Below are positions 40,599-50,235 of a stretch of 64,000 nucleotides of DNA, piece by piece. The stretch spans positions 57,491 through 121,490 of the forward strand of contig WGMR01000004.1 of NCBI GenBank assembly GCA_016124955.1. Reading direction: 5' to 3'. The notes under the pieces are model-generated. The model made no database searches, was not told the DNA's origin, and saw only the letters and a list, made by a program, of their open reading frames with translations. Both the position numbers and the translations under genes were made by a program. The stretch is from Alphaproteobacteria bacterium. Lineage in GTDB: Bacteria; Pseudomonadota; Alphaproteobacteria; UBA9219; RFNS01. Position 1 is the first letter of the stretch. Every line of letters starts with the position of its first letter.

Positions 40599-40764
40599 CG
40601 CGTTAACGATAATTCGCATACGCGATTACCAAAAAAAGGCAGCAATAACGGGCTTGCGTAATTTCGCACAAAGCGCTTGTCTTGTTGACGTTTCCTGCCT
40701 GCCTGCCTGCGCAGATGCAGGCGTACAGATTTTAGAAAAATATTTTCAGCAATCCGGATTTTTT

Positions 40765-41073
40765 ATGCCAGACGATAGGCCTGATACGGGCGGATATCAT
40801 TCAAAACGCAGTCGGGGCGGACCCGTGCGCAGCGGCGGCTCCGCCCTCGGTTCCGGTCTTGCCGTCGGGGCCATGTATGCCTGCGCCGCCGCGTTGAGCT
40901 GTGCGGGCAAGGGCTTCCCGCCCGAGGTGCTGCTAACCGTCGGCGCGGCGGCTTTCTGCGTCGGGTTTTTATTCGGCATGTTTTGCCGGGGCCGTGCCGC
41001 GATAATCATGGTGCCCGTAACGCTTGCGGTCGGCGCCCTTATCTGTACGAGCATCGCCACATATACGCCGTAG
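40765..41073 (+). CDS. possible small membrane protein
   Basis: GC-rich ORF with two hydrophobic segments and no RBS. Start uncertain (the ORF-track start is 40654). Confidence 0.25.
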   Translation: MPDDRPDTGGYHSKRSRGGPVRSGGSALGSGLAVGAMYACAAALSCAGKGFPPEVLLTVGAAAFCVGFLFGMFCRGRAAIIMVPVTLAVGALICTSIATYTP

Positions 41074-41089
41074 GTTTCGCCAGAGGCTT

Positions 41090-42064
41090 TTAGACCGCCA
41101 ACAAAATCTTTCCGGTCGTTTTCCGTCCTTCCAGCGCATCGTGCGCTGCAGCAGCGGCGGCAAACGGGAATTCTGCCGGCGGCGCCAGCTTCACGCTGCC
41201 GTTCTTCAGAACCATGAAAAGGTTGGCGGCGCGCTGCAGCAGCTCGGCGCGCGTTGCCGTATAGGAAAACAGCGAAGGCCGCGTCAGATGCAGCGACCCG
41301 CCGGAAAGCTTGAGAATGTCGAAAGGCGCCACAGGCCCCGAAGCCTGCCCAAAGCTAATGAGCGTGCCGCGCGGGCGAAGGCAGGCGAGGCTGCCATTGA
41401 AAGTGGCGGCGCCGACGGCATCGTAAACCGCGTGCACGCCTTCCCCGTTCGTGAACGCGCGCACGGCGTCCGTAAAATTTTCCCGCGCATAATTGATGAC
41501 ATGCACGCAACCCCGCGCCCGCGCGATTTCCGCTTTCGCGTCACTGCCGACGGTGCCGATTACGGCAAGACCAAGATGGCTGGCCCATTGGCACAAAAGC
41601 TGGCCCACCCCGCCCGCGGCGGCATGCACAAGAATGCTTTGTCCCGCCAGCGCCTGATACGCGCCGAACAACAAATATTCCGCCGTCATGCCCTGCACCA
41701 TTACGGCTGCTGCTGTTTTGTTATCTAGCCATTCCGGCAACGGCACCAGCCGCGAAGCGGCGATGGTGCGGTACGTGGCATAGCCGCCGGGCTCGGGCGC
41801 GGCATAGGCGGCGCGGTCGCCCGGCTTCACATCCGTAACGCCCGTCCCCACCGCCTCGACCGTGCCCGCGCCTTCGCCGCCGATCACGCCGGGCAAGGCG
41901 GGCAGCGGGTATAACCCGGTGCGCTGATAAATATCGCGGAAATTTACGCCGATAAAATCCTGCCGGATCAAGGCTTCGCCCGGCCCGGGTGCGGGCGAGG
42001 CTATATCTTCATGTGCCAGCTTGTCGCTGCCGCCATATTCATGAATGCGTATGACGGCGGGCAT
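41090..42064 (-). CDS. NADPH:quinone oxidoreductase (zinc-type ADH/MDR superfamily)
   Basis: ...GVNFRDIYQRTG...AAAGGVGQLLCQWA... Rossmann GxGxxG of the quinone-reductase clade. Confidence 0.8.
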   Translation of the reverse strand: MPAVIRIHEYGGSDKLAHEDIASPAPGPGEALIRQDFIGVNFRDIYQRTGLYPLPALPGVIGGEGAGTVEAVGTGVTDVKPGDRAAYAAPEPGGYATYRTIAASRLVPLPEWLDNKTAAAVMVQGMTAEYLLFGAYQALAGQSILVHAAAGGVGQLLCQWASHLGLAVIGTVGSDAKAEIARARGCVHVINYARENFTDAVRAFTNGEGVHAVYDAVGAATFNGSLACLRPRGTLISFGQASGPVAPFDILKLSGGSLHLTRPSLFSYTATRAELLQRAANLFMVLKNGSVKLAPPAEFPFAAAAAAHDALEGRKTTGKILLAV

Positions 42065-42066
42065 GA

Positions 42067-42762
42067 CTATTTAAGATGTTTGGCGAAAAATTCATCCGTG
42101 CGCCGGTTGGCCTGCATCGCCGCCGCCTCGTCGTAATGCTGGCCTTCCGGCCGCGCGAAAGCATGATCGACGCCTTCGTAAGTGTAGATCACGATATTCT
42201 TGTTGCGTTCGGCCGCGCGCGCGATTTTTGCCTGCGCGTCCGCAGGAACGAAGCGGTCCTTCGCCGCCATATGCATCATATAGGGGCGGCGTATATCCGG
42301 GATCTCGCCCAGCATACCCTCGATCCCGACGCCATAATAACTCACCGCCGCCTCGACATCGGTGCGGGATGCCGCGAAGCAGGCCAGCTTGCCGCCAAGA
42401 CAGTAACCGACCGCGCCCACCATGCCGCTGCAACCCTTGATGTTGCGCATATGCCCGAGCGTGGCCAAAATATCCGTCACGCCGCGTTCGATATCGAAGC
42501 CGTTCATCAGCGCGATCGCCTTATCCCATTCTTCCTGGCTTTTATCGGTCAGCTGCACGCCGGGCTGCTGGCGCCAGAACAGGTCCGGGCAGATAGCGAT
42601 ATAACCCTTGGCGGCATAGCGGTCGCAGATCGTGCGCATGGCTGCGTTCACACCGAAAATTTCCTGCAAAACGATCATGCCCGGGCCCTGCTGGCTGGCA
42701 GGCAGGGCGATATAGCCGTTGAAGGTGCCGCCGTCGAGCGAGGTGATTTGCGTATCGGGCAT
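42067..42762 (-). CDS. dienelactone hydrolase family protein
   Basis: ...GPGMIVLQEIFGVN...GYCLGG (nucleophile elbow)...DH (catalytic His). Confidence 0.8.
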   Translation of the reverse strand: MPDTQITSLDGGTFNGYIALPASQQGPGMIVLQEIFGVNAAMRTICDRYAAKGYIAICPDLFWRQQPGVQLTDKSQEEWDKAIALMNGFDIERGVTDILATLGHMRNIKGCSGMVGAVGYCLGGKLACFAASRTDVEAAVSYYGVGIEGMLGEIPDIRRPYMMHMAAKDRFVPADAQAKIARAAERNKNIVIYTYEGVDHAFARPEGQHYDEAAAMQANRRTDEFFAKHLK

Positions 42763-42913
42763 GGGAGACGCGTCCTTTCCGCATGGGCATTTGCTTGTAT
42801 GGGGCCAGATTATGCGGCTCGCCGCGGTTTGTCCATGCCGGGCCGCCGGTTTGTAACCGCGCCGCTTGTGGCGTAAAGTACCTGGCACACAACACGGGCC
42901 GGAGAGCGCAGCC

Positions 42914-43225
42914 ATGAAAATCACCATGAATATAGAATGCACACCCGAAGAGGCGCGTGCGTTTATGGGCCTTCCCGATGTGCAGCCGCTGCAAGAAGCG
43001 CTGATGAGCGCAATGCAGGAACGCATGCAAATCGGCCTGCAGGCCACCGACCCTTCGAAGATGCTGCAGGCTTTTGTGCCCGGCTCAGCCGACAGCCTGC
43101 AGGAAATGCAAAAACTGTTCTGGGGCGGCATGCAGCAAACGGTGCAGCAAACCATGCAACAGACCATGCAAAACGCCGCCAACATCGCCCGCCTGGCATC
43201 CGGCGGCGGACGCGGAAACGAATAA
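42914..43225 (+). CDS. hypothetical protein (103 aa, Gln/Met-rich C-terminus)
   Basis: ORF from MKITMNIECTPEEARAFMGLPDV...; no family recognised. Confidence 0.4.
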   Translation: MKITMNIECTPEEARAFMGLPDVQPLQEALMSAMQERMQIGLQATDPSKMLQAFVPGSADSLQEMQKLFWGGMQQTVQQTMQQTMQNAANIARLASGGGRGNE

Positions 43226-43232
43226 GGCCGGC

Positions 43233-43568
43233 ATGGAAGCCGAACCCTTTTACCGGGCGCATATTTTCTGCTGCACAAACAAGCGCGCGCCCGGGCACGA
43301 ACGCGGCTGCTGCGCCGACAAGGATAGCGAGCGTTTGCGCAACTATATGAAGCGGCGTGTGAAGGAAGCGGGGCTGGAAGCCGTGCGCGTCAACGGGACC
43401 GGGTGCCTTGACCGTTGCGAGCTTGGGCCCTGCATCGTCATATACCCGGAAGGCGTGTGGTATGCGCCAAAAAACGAAGCCGATGTCGATGAAATTATCG
43501 CTTCGCATTTGCAAGGCGGCGCGCGCGTTGCGCGGCTGTTACTGCCGCCGCGCGCGCAAACGGCCTAG
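43233..43568 (+). CDS. thioredoxin-like [2Fe-2S] ferredoxin
   Basis: HIFCCTNKR...GCCA...GCLDRCELGPCIVIYPEGVWY four-Cys pattern of the NuoE/Fd4-like family. Confidence 0.75.
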   Translation: MEAEPFYRAHIFCCTNKRAPGHERGCCADKDSERLRNYMKRRVKEAGLEAVRVNGTGCLDRCELGPCIVIYPEGVWYAPKNEADVDEIIASHLQGGARVARLLLPPRAQTA

Positions 43569-44107
43569 CGTTCCCCGCCGATACCCTTGTACTTCAGCAA
43601 AGTTTCGGCCTGCCGCAACAAATCCATGCGTGTCGGCAGCGCGCCCGCCAGCGCGCCTTCCGAAAAATGTTCGATCAAGGCATCGCCAAGCCGCGTGACT
43701 TCTTCGAGATCAAGCGGTCCGTCATTGCCGAAATATTCGGCGCGCAGCGTCATGCGTATGTGCGCGATCAAGTTGGCGATACGCCCGCCCGCGCCCGCGC
43801 CGGATGTTTCGGCGATACCGGCCTTGTTCGTGCCGCCGGCTGTTTGTAAATAAGTCATATCGAAGTGATCGCGCAACGCCGCTTCCGGCATTTCCAGCAG
43901 GGAGGCGAGCCGGTAGCGCACATCTTCGGGCAACTTGCGCGGCGTGCCGCGCTCGAAATACTGGTTCATGTATGAATGGCTTTTGCCGAGCTGCAGCGAA
44001 ACCTCGCGGTCCGTAAGGCCGCGTTCCTGCATGCGCGCGCGCAGCCGGTTGCGCACCGGGTCGCCCGCGCCTTCTTGTCTTCCGGTTTGTTTTTTCATCT
44101 CGGTCAT
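43565..44107 (-). CDS. XRE-family helix-turn-helix transcriptional regulator with C-terminal domain of unknown function
   Basis: N-terminal HTH (GLTDREVSLQLGKSHSYMNQYFERG). Start at 44107 or 44098. Divergent from a small ORF across an operator-like repeat region. Confidence 0.65.
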   Translation of the reverse strand: MTEMKKQTGRQEGAGDPVRNRLRARMQERGLTDREVSLQLGKSHSYMNQYFERGTPRKLPEDVRYRLASLLEMPEAALRDHFDMTYLQTAGGTNKAGIAETSGAGAGGRIANLIAHIRMTLRAEYFGNDGPLDLEEVTRLGDALIEHFSEGALAGALPTRMDLLRQAETLLKYKGIGGER

Positions 44108-44197
44108 AGGATAAATACTATATACATAGGAAGATAAGTACACAATATATAAAATATCCTATTGACATATAGGAAACGCCCTATACATTCTGTGGGC
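44108..44197. promoter_or_regulatory. AT-rich divergent promoter region with ATAGGA-motif array (operator-like)
   Basis: ATAGGA at ~44108, 44128 and 44173, plus the inverted pair TCCTAT-tgacat-ATAGGA (44157-44176). Strongly AT-rich in a GC-rich genome. Confidence 0.4.
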
Positions 44198-44425
44198 ATG
44201 ATGACCCCCGGCCCATACCCGCCTGCGTTTTCCGGCCAACTTGCGCCCGAACAGTTCCTTGCGGCGGTGGATTTGTTCCTGCGCCGTAGCGGCATGTCGG
44301 CAAGCATGCTGGGCAAATGCGCGGTCAACGATCCGGGTCTTGTGTTCCAGCTGCGCCGGGGGCGCGAACCGCGCCGCAAAACCATGCAACGCGTACTTGA
44401 TTACATGGCGTCCTATACCGGCTAG
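44198..44425 (+). CDS. small hypothetical protein (75 aa), possible DNA-binding
   Basis: MMTPGPYPP...GMSASMLGKCAVNDPGLVFQLRRGREPRRKTMQRVLDYM; a conserved-looking alphaproteobacterial small-protein pattern. Confidence 0.4.
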   Translation: MMTPGPYPPAFSGQLAPEQFLAAVDLFLRRSGMSASMLGKCAVNDPGLVFQLRRGREPRRKTMQRVLDYMASYTG

Positions 44426-44466
44426 CCCGCTGGTCTGCGTGCGCGCATGCGGTTATACATTTCTGC

Positions 44467-45831
44467 ATGTCTGAAAATCCCGCGCCCGCCAACAATGCCG
44501 CCGAAACCATCTTCGCACTTGCCTCCGCGCCCGGCCGCGGCGGTATTGCCGTTCTGCGCATATCGGGCCCGCAAGCGGGCGCCGCCGCTACGGCGCTTTG
44601 CGCCGCAACCCTGCCGCCGCCGCGCACGGCGGCGTTGCGCACATTGCGCCATCCCGGCACGAAAGAAATTATGGATCGTGCGTTGCTGTTCTGGTTTCCG
44701 GCGCCCGGCAGCTTCACGGGCGAAGACGTCGTCGAATTGCATGTGCATGGCGGCCGCGCGGTGACCGAAGCGGTGGCGGAAGCGTTACGCGCGCAGCCCG
44801 GCTTGCGCCATGCCGGACCGGGCGAATTTACCCGCCGCGGTTTTGAAAACGGCAAGTTCGATCTGACGGCGGCCGAAGCGATTGCCGATCTTGCGGCTTC
44901 GGAAACCGAAGCGCAGCGCAAACAGGCGTTGCGGCAAATGGACGGCGCGCTCGCGCGCCTGTATGACGGCTGGGCCGCGCGCCTGACCCGCGCGCTCGCG
45001 CATCTTGAGGCCGATATCGATTTCGCGGACGAAGACCTTCCCCCCGATGCGTACAATGCGCCGTTGGCCGAATTGCGGGCGATGGCGGGCGATATCGCAG
45101 CGCATCTGGCAGACAGGCGCGGCGAAAGTTTGCGCGAAGGCTTCCATATCGCCATTCTCGGCGCGCCCAATGCCGGCAAATCATCCTTGCTCAATGCGCT
45201 GGCGCGGCGCGAAGCGGCGATCGTCGCGGAACAGGCGGGCACGACGCGCGATGTGATTGAAGTGCGGCTCGATCTCGGCGGCTATCCGGTCACGCTTGCC
45301 GATACCGCCGGTTTGCGCGAAAGCGCCGACGCGGTGGAAAGCGAAGGCGTAAGCCGCGCGCTGGCGCGCGCCCGCGCGGCCGATCTTACGCTGCTGGTGT
45401 TCGATGCCGCCTTGCTCGCATCGACGCCGCCCGATGCCGCGACCTTGGCGCTGGCCGGCCCCGCCAGCATGGCGGTTTTGAACAAATCCGATATCGAGGG
45501 CGCGGCGAAAGCATTGTCCGCCCCCGTCGCATCGGTCCATCCGCTTTCCGCGAAAACCGGTGCGGGCATGGAAAACTTTATCGCCGCGCTTACCCAAACC
45601 GTGGCCGCGCGTCTTGCCGATACCGGTGCACCGTCCCTTACCCGTTCCCGCCACCGCGAAGCTTTGGAGGAATGTTGCGGGGCATTGTTGCGCGCATCGA
45701 TGGCGGTTGCGCCGGAATTGCGCGCGGAAGATGCCCGCCTTGCGCTGCGCGCGCTCGGGCGCATCACCGGCCGGGTCGATGTTGAAGATTTGCTCGATGT
45801 CATATTTCGCGATTTTTGTATCGGGAAATAA
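44467..45831 (+). CDS. mnmE: tRNA modification GTPase MnmE
   Basis: N-terminal THF-binding domain, G-domain (GAPNAGKSSLLNAL, DTAG) and C-terminal CIGK. Confidence 0.95.
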   Translation: MSENPAPANNAAETIFALASAPGRGGIAVLRISGPQAGAAATALCAATLPPPRTAALRTLRHPGTKEIMDRALLFWFPAPGSFTGEDVVELHVHGGRAVTEAVAEALRAQPGLRHAGPGEFTRRGFENGKFDLTAAEAIADLAASETEAQRKQALRQMDGALARLYDGWAARLTRALAHLEADIDFADEDLPPDAYNAPLAELRAMAGDIAAHLADRRGESLREGFHIAILGAPNAGKSSLLNALARREAAIVAEQAGTTRDVIEVRLDLGGYPVTLADTAGLRESADAVESEGVSRALARARAADLTLLVFDAALLASTPPDAATLALAGPASMAVLNKSDIEGAAKALSAPVASVHPLSAKTGAGMENFIAALTQTVAARLADTGAPSLTRSRHREALEECCGALLRASMAVAPELRAEDARLALRALGRITGRVDVEDLLDVIFRDFCIGK

Positions 45832-45969
45832 AGAAAATCAGCGTATTAACCAACATTCGTGCGCCAAATTCTTGACAGAATGTGCGCCCATGGTCTTTAT
45901 GCGAATGATGATGCGCTTCGCTTGCGCCGGAATTTTTTATAAAGCCATTCGCTCAAAGGGGTTTCAATT

Positions 45970-46527
45970 ATGGCCGCAAACAGCATTGACAGTTTCTTTT
46001 CTGGCGCCGGCAAACTTATGTTTGGCAGGCAGAACTGGGCGAGGACGACACGCGGCATTATTGTGTCCGGCCTTGCCGTCGGCGCCGTGGCAATGCCGGT
46101 CGCCAAGGCTTATTTAACCGGTAAAATCATCGCAGGCCTTACAGCGCTTTCCATCGCGGCGCCCACAGCTGCGGCCCTGGCGCCCACAATTCTTCTGGGC
46201 GCGGCGCTTTGCGTAGGCGCTTACGCCGCATGGGGCGCGGTTTCCGGCGTCGCCAACGTGACGATGGCGGTGCTCGGCGATAACATGTTCGGCAGGGCGG
46301 CGAAGGCCGTCGTTGAACATCCGCGCACGACCGCCTTCCTTGTTGGCGCGGGCCTGACCGCATTCGGCCTTGCGGCCCTGCTTATGCCTGGCTTTGCGGC
46401 GCTTATACCGCCGGCCGTTACGGCCTTCGGGCTCAACGGCGCGATGACTACGGCCGTTGCGGGCGCGGGTATTATGGGATTGTCCGCGAACGCAATGCGC
46501 AATGCCGGCATGACCGGCCCGCACTGA
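45970..46527 (+). CDS. hypothetical Ala/Gly-rich integral membrane protein
   Basis: AAAGGGG RBS. A TTGACA-like -35 sits in the AT-rich 140 bp upstream region. Multiple TM segments; T-ending codons are more frequent than in the core genes. Confidence 0.5.
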   Translation: MAANSIDSFFSGAGKLMFGRQNWARTTRGIIVSGLAVGAVAMPVAKAYLTGKIIAGLTALSIAAPTAAALAPTILLGAALCVGAYAAWGAVSGVANVTMAVLGDNMFGRAAKAVVEHPRTTAFLVGAGLTAFGLAALLMPGFAALIPPAVTAFGLNGAMTTAVAGAGIMGLSANAMRNAGMTGPH

Positions 46528-46554
46528 TTTTCAATATAGACGGATTGAAGAGGC

Positions 46555-47277
46555 TCAGAGCCCCTTGGCGAGCAGCGAGATGGCCGCCGCCACGAGCAGT
46601 ATGTTGATGGCGGCGCGAAACCTGTCTTCCGATATCAGGCGCGGAACCTTGTAGCCGACCGCGAGCCCCAGCAAATGCGCGGGCAAACAAATGAGCAACA
46701 ACGTCAGAATTTCCCCATGATACATGCCGGCCGTGCCGCTGAGCGCGCAACGCAACGCATTGCCTGCGAACAAAATCAACAGAACGCTTGCCCGGAATGT
46801 TTCCTTGTTCAGCGAAAGGGTTTTCAAATAAGTCACGATAAAGGGCCCGCCCATGCCCGATATGCCCGAAACTACCCCGCCTGCCGCGCCCGCCGCCGCC
46901 TGCGCCGCCACGTTTTTCACGCCGCGCAATTGCGGAAACTTCAGCCGCGCGCCCGCCGCGACATAAAAAACCAAATAGCCGGCCAGCACGAAGTTAAGCA
47001 GGCTGTCATCGACCGTGTTGAGCAAAAACAAGCCGAGCGCGGAGGCGGCAGGGAAAACCACGGCGATCACGCCGATTCCCTTCCAATCGATATGACGCCA
47101 GATAAAAGGCAGGAGTACGCCTTTGAGCGCCTGAAACACAAGGAAAAGCGTCACGCTGTCCTTGATGCCGAACATGAGACTAAGCAACGGCACGGCGACA
47201 AGACCGCCGCCAAAACCGAACGTGGCCTCGACAAGCGAGGTGGCAAAAACGATAACGACACTCAGGAAAATTTCCAT
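46555..47277 (-). CDS. TauE/SafE-family sulfite/organosulfonate exporter
   Basis: Two-repeat 4+4 TM topology with the conserved Gly-rich GFGGG segment near the N-terminus (FGFGGGLVAVPLL), PF01925-like. Confidence 0.8.
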   Translation of the reverse strand: MEIFLSVVIVFATSLVEATFGFGGGLVAVPLLSLMFGIKDSVTLFLVFQALKGVLLPFIWRHIDWKGIGVIAVVFPAASALGLFLLNTVDDSLLNFVLAGYLVFYVAAGARLKFPQLRGVKNVAAQAAAGAAGGVVSGISGMGGPFIVTYLKTLSLNKETFRASVLLILFAGNALRCALSGTAGMYHGEILTLLLICLPAHLLGLAVGYKVPRLISEDRFRAAINILLVAAAISLLAKGL

Positions 47278-47331
47278 GCGCTTTTATGGCAGGAAAAGCG
47301 CCGGGTGGGAAATTTGTATGATAGTCCGGGT

Positions 47332-48048
47332 TTAGTGTGCCGGCGCGTAGTCGCCGCTGAAATCGACGTCGCTTTTCACGAGCCGGAGATGCGGAACACT
47401 TTTCTTCTGCGCCGCCCTGGTTTCCGCTTTTTGTTGTTCGACCAAGGCTTCGGCCTCGCTCACAAGATAATCCGCGACCATTGCCAGTTCCTGCGCGATG
47501 CTTACTTGGTCCTGCGGGTCGCTCAGCTCGATGTAATCGATATTAAATTCGCGCAACGTGTTGCAGCAATGCAGGCTGCTGACAAGCAGCGAAAGATCGT
47601 GGAACAGGGTGCCGATGCGCGTCGCCATCGCGCGCATGCGCGTCTTGGCCGGGCCGGTCGCGAGCCCGCAGCGCGTCAGCGCATGGATGAAATCGTTGCC
47701 GAAAATCATGGCATCCGGCGCGATGCCGTGCTGGCCGTCTTCGTTGTTGCGGCCGCGCGTGATCCACGCGCGCATCTGTTCACGCACGGCGGTGTTGCCA
47801 TCACCCGCGCCGCCAACCTCGCCGTCCGGGTCAAGTCTGGTGGGCAGCCATGCCAGTTCATCGAGCTGGTGACGGATCGCGCGCATGCCCATGCGCTCGG
47901 CCTGCATATAAGCGAAGGCGTATTCGTCGCGGCTGCAATCGGCCGAAAGGCTATGCGCGGCCAAAATGGCCTCGCGTTCGCCGGCGATGCGCTCCTTGGC
48001 GGCCATCAGAAGGCCGCGCACTTCATCGATATGTAATTCGGTGGCCAT
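47332..48048 (-). CDS. hypothetical protein (239 aa)
   Basis: ORF from MATELHIDEVRGLL...; several HxxxE/ExxH-type spacings. No confident family. Confidence 0.5.
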   Translation of the reverse strand: MATELHIDEVRGLLMAAKERIAGEREAILAAHSLSADCSRDEYAFAYMQAERMGMRAIRHQLDELAWLPTRLDPDGEVGGAGDGNTAVREQMRAWITRGRNNEDGQHGIAPDAMIFGNDFIHALTRCGLATGPAKTRMRAMATRIGTLFHDLSLLVSSLHCCNTLREFNIDYIELSDPQDQVSIAQELAMVADYLVSEAEALVEQQKAETRAAQKKSVPHLRLVKSDVDFSGDYAPAH

Positions 48049-48354
48049 GGGCCTGTTCCGATCCCTTGTTTCGCGGCACCGGGCCGCAAAGCCCGAAATA
48101 ACCGCACAAAGGTTAATTTTAACCAAAATATATCCATAAATTGTTAAGCCACAGCTTTAACAATCAATCATTAAACATATGATATATAACAATAATTTTT
48201 GTGTCATTGGCCTTATGGGTGCCTTTGCGGCTAAGACGCTGATATCCCTGCCTGTCTCAAAATTTTTTTTAATTGTGCAACAAAAGTTCGTTAAATATCG
48301 CCATCAGCGCACATTCTTTGCGCGCGCGGGCGTTTCGCCCTATACCTTCCGGCC

Positions 48355-50214
48355 ATGCAGGATTTTGATGTCATCATTGTTGGCGGTGGCCATGCGGGCT
48401 GTGAGGCCGCCGCCGCGGCCGCGCGGCTTGGCGCGCATACGCTGCTTGCTACGCATAAGCCTGAAACCATAGGCGAAATGTCGTGTAACCCGGCAATCGG
48501 CGGGCTCGGGAAGGGCCATTTGGTTCGGGAAATTGATGCGCTGGATGGCGTCATGGGCCGGGTGGCTGACCGCGCGGGGATCCAGTTTCGGCTTTTGAAC
48601 CGTAGCAAGGGCGCTGCCGTGCAAGGCCCGCGCGCGCAGGCGGACCGAAAACTTTATCGCCGCTATATGCAGGAAGTGCTCGGCAGTCAGCAAAACCTTT
48701 CCATTCGCGCCTGCGCCGTGGGCGATCTGATCGTTGGCGCCGATAACCGTATCGAAGGTATCGTGACCGAGCAGGGCGAAGTGCTGCGTGCCGCAGCCGT
48801 TGTGATTACGACGGGCACGTTCCTGCGTGGCCTTGTTCATATCGGTGCCGAAAAGATACAGGCTGGCCGTATAGGTGAAGCGCCATCCACGAAGCTTTCG
48901 GCCACGCTTGCACGGCTCCGGCTCGCGCTTGGCCGGCTCAAAACCGGTACACCCCCGAGGCTCGATGGCCGGACGATCGATTGGGCCGGGCTTGAAATGC
49001 AGCCGGGCGACGAACCGCCTATACCCTTCTCGACCCTAACATCCGCGATCACAAATCCCCAGGTTTGCTGCGGCCTGACCTACACATCTGCCGACACGCA
49101 CAACATGATCCGCGCCAACCTCGACCGCTCGCCGATTTATTCGGGACAGATCGAAGGGACGGGCCCGCGTTATTGCCCTTCGATCGAAGACAAGGTTGTG
49201 CGTTTTGCAGACAAGGAACGGCATCAGATTTTCCTCGAGCCCGAAGGGCTAGACGATCACACCGTATATCCAAACGGCATCTCAACATCGCTGCCGCGTG
49301 ATGTGCAGGATGCACTCGTGCGATCCATACAAGGTCTTGAAAATGTTAGTATTTTGCGCCACGGCTATGCGGTTGAATATGACTATGTCGATCCCCGGGA
49401 ACTGACCGCATCGCTCGAAGTCAAGCGCGCGCCCGGGCTTTTTCTGGCGGGACAAATCAACGGCACCACGGGCTATGAGGAAGCGGCGGCACAGGGGCTG
49501 ATTGCCGGGCTGAATGCTGCGCTCAAGGCAAGCGGCAGCTCGCCCTTCACCCTTTCCCGCACGCAAGCCTATATCGGCGTGATGATCGACGATCTGATTT
49601 CCCGTGGCACCGCCGAGCCTTACCGCATGTTCACAAGCCGCGCCGAATACAGGCTTAAGTTACGGGCAGACAATGCCGACCAGCGCCTTACCCCGGCGGG
49701 CCTGGAGCTCGGATGCGTGGGGCCAGAAAGACGGCAGAAATTCACGAGCAAGATGAGCGAGCTGGCCCGCGCGCGGACGATGGCTGAAGGATTTTCTGCC
49801 AGCCCAACCGCGCTTGTGAAACAGGGCGTGCACATCAACCAGGATGGGGTGCGGCGTAGCGCCATGGATTTGCTGGCCTATCCCGATGTTTCACGTGAAA
49901 CATTGACCAGAATTTGGCCACAACTATCTGATATTAAAACAGAAATTTTGAATCAAATCGAGACAGATGGCCGCTATGCCGGCTATATGGACAGACAGGA
50001 TGCCGATATTCGGGCCTTCGAGAAGGATGAAGCTTTGCGACTGCCGGCCGACCTGGATCTCGATGCCATCGGCGGGCTTTCGGCTGAGGTACGGCAAAAA
50101 CTGGCGCAGGTACGTCCGCAGACGCTTGGTGCGGCCGCGCGCATTCCGGGGGTTACGCCAGCGGCCACCCTGGCACTCTTGCGCTATGTTAAACGCAGTA
50201 AAAAAGCAGCATAA
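48355..50214 (+). CDS. mnmG: tRNA uridine 5-carboxymethylaminomethyl modification enzyme MnmG (GidA)
   Basis: [22 protein letters not shown] fold, full-length GidA. Confidence 0.95.
   Translation: MQDFDVIIVGGGHAGCEAAAAAARLGAHTLLATHKPETIGEMSCNPAIGGLGKGHLVREIDALDGVMGRVADRAGIQFRLLNRSKGAAVQGPRAQADRKLYRRYMQEVLGSQQNLSIRACAVGDLIVGADNRIEGIVTEQGEVLRAAAVVITTGTFLRGLVHIGAEKIQAGRIGEAPSTKLSATLARLRLALGRLKTGTPPRLDGRTIDWAGLEMQPGDEPPIPFSTLTSAITNPQVCCGLTYTSADTHNMIRANLDRSPIYSGQIEGTGPRYCPSIEDKVVRFADKERHQIFLEPEGLDDHTVYPNGISTSLPRDVQDALVRSIQGLENVSILRHGYAVEYDYVDPRELTASLEVKRAPGLFLAGQINGTTGYEEAAAQGLIAGLNAALKASGSSPFTLSRTQAYIGVMIDDLISRGTAEPYRMFTSRAEYRLKLRADNADQRLTPAGLELGCVGPERRQKFTSKMSELARARTMAEGFSASPTALVKQGVHINQDGVRRSAMDLLAYPDVSRETLTRIWPQLSDIKTEILNQIETDGRYAGYMDRQDADIRAFEKDEALRLPADLDLDAIGGLSAEVRQKLAQVRPQTLGAAARIPGVTPAATLALLRYVKRSKKAA
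49887..49902. promoter_or_regulatory. parS: parS centromere site (TGTTTCACGTGAAACA)
   Basis: Perfect 16-bp palindrome identical to the ParB-binding consensus; lies inside the mnmG 3' region (encodes DVSRETL). Confidence 0.75.
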
Positions 50215-50235
50215 TCAACAATATAGGTGATATTT

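Noticed and set aside
40680-40760. Promoter or hairpin upstream of 40765 ORF (TTGACG…, CTGC x3, palindrome CTGCGCAG)
   Set aside because: The TTGACG -35 candidate has no acceptable -10 at 16-19 nt, and the palindrome is only 8 bp. This was noted as weak and not reported as a feature.
42067-43278. 403-aa ORF-track version of the dienelactone hydrolase with a Cys-rich N-terminal extension (MVCCMVCCTVCC…)
   Set aside because: The extension is low-complexity read-through upstream of the real start (MPDTQITSLDGG at 42762). The DLH fold begins there, and the extension would overlap the upstream intergenic region.
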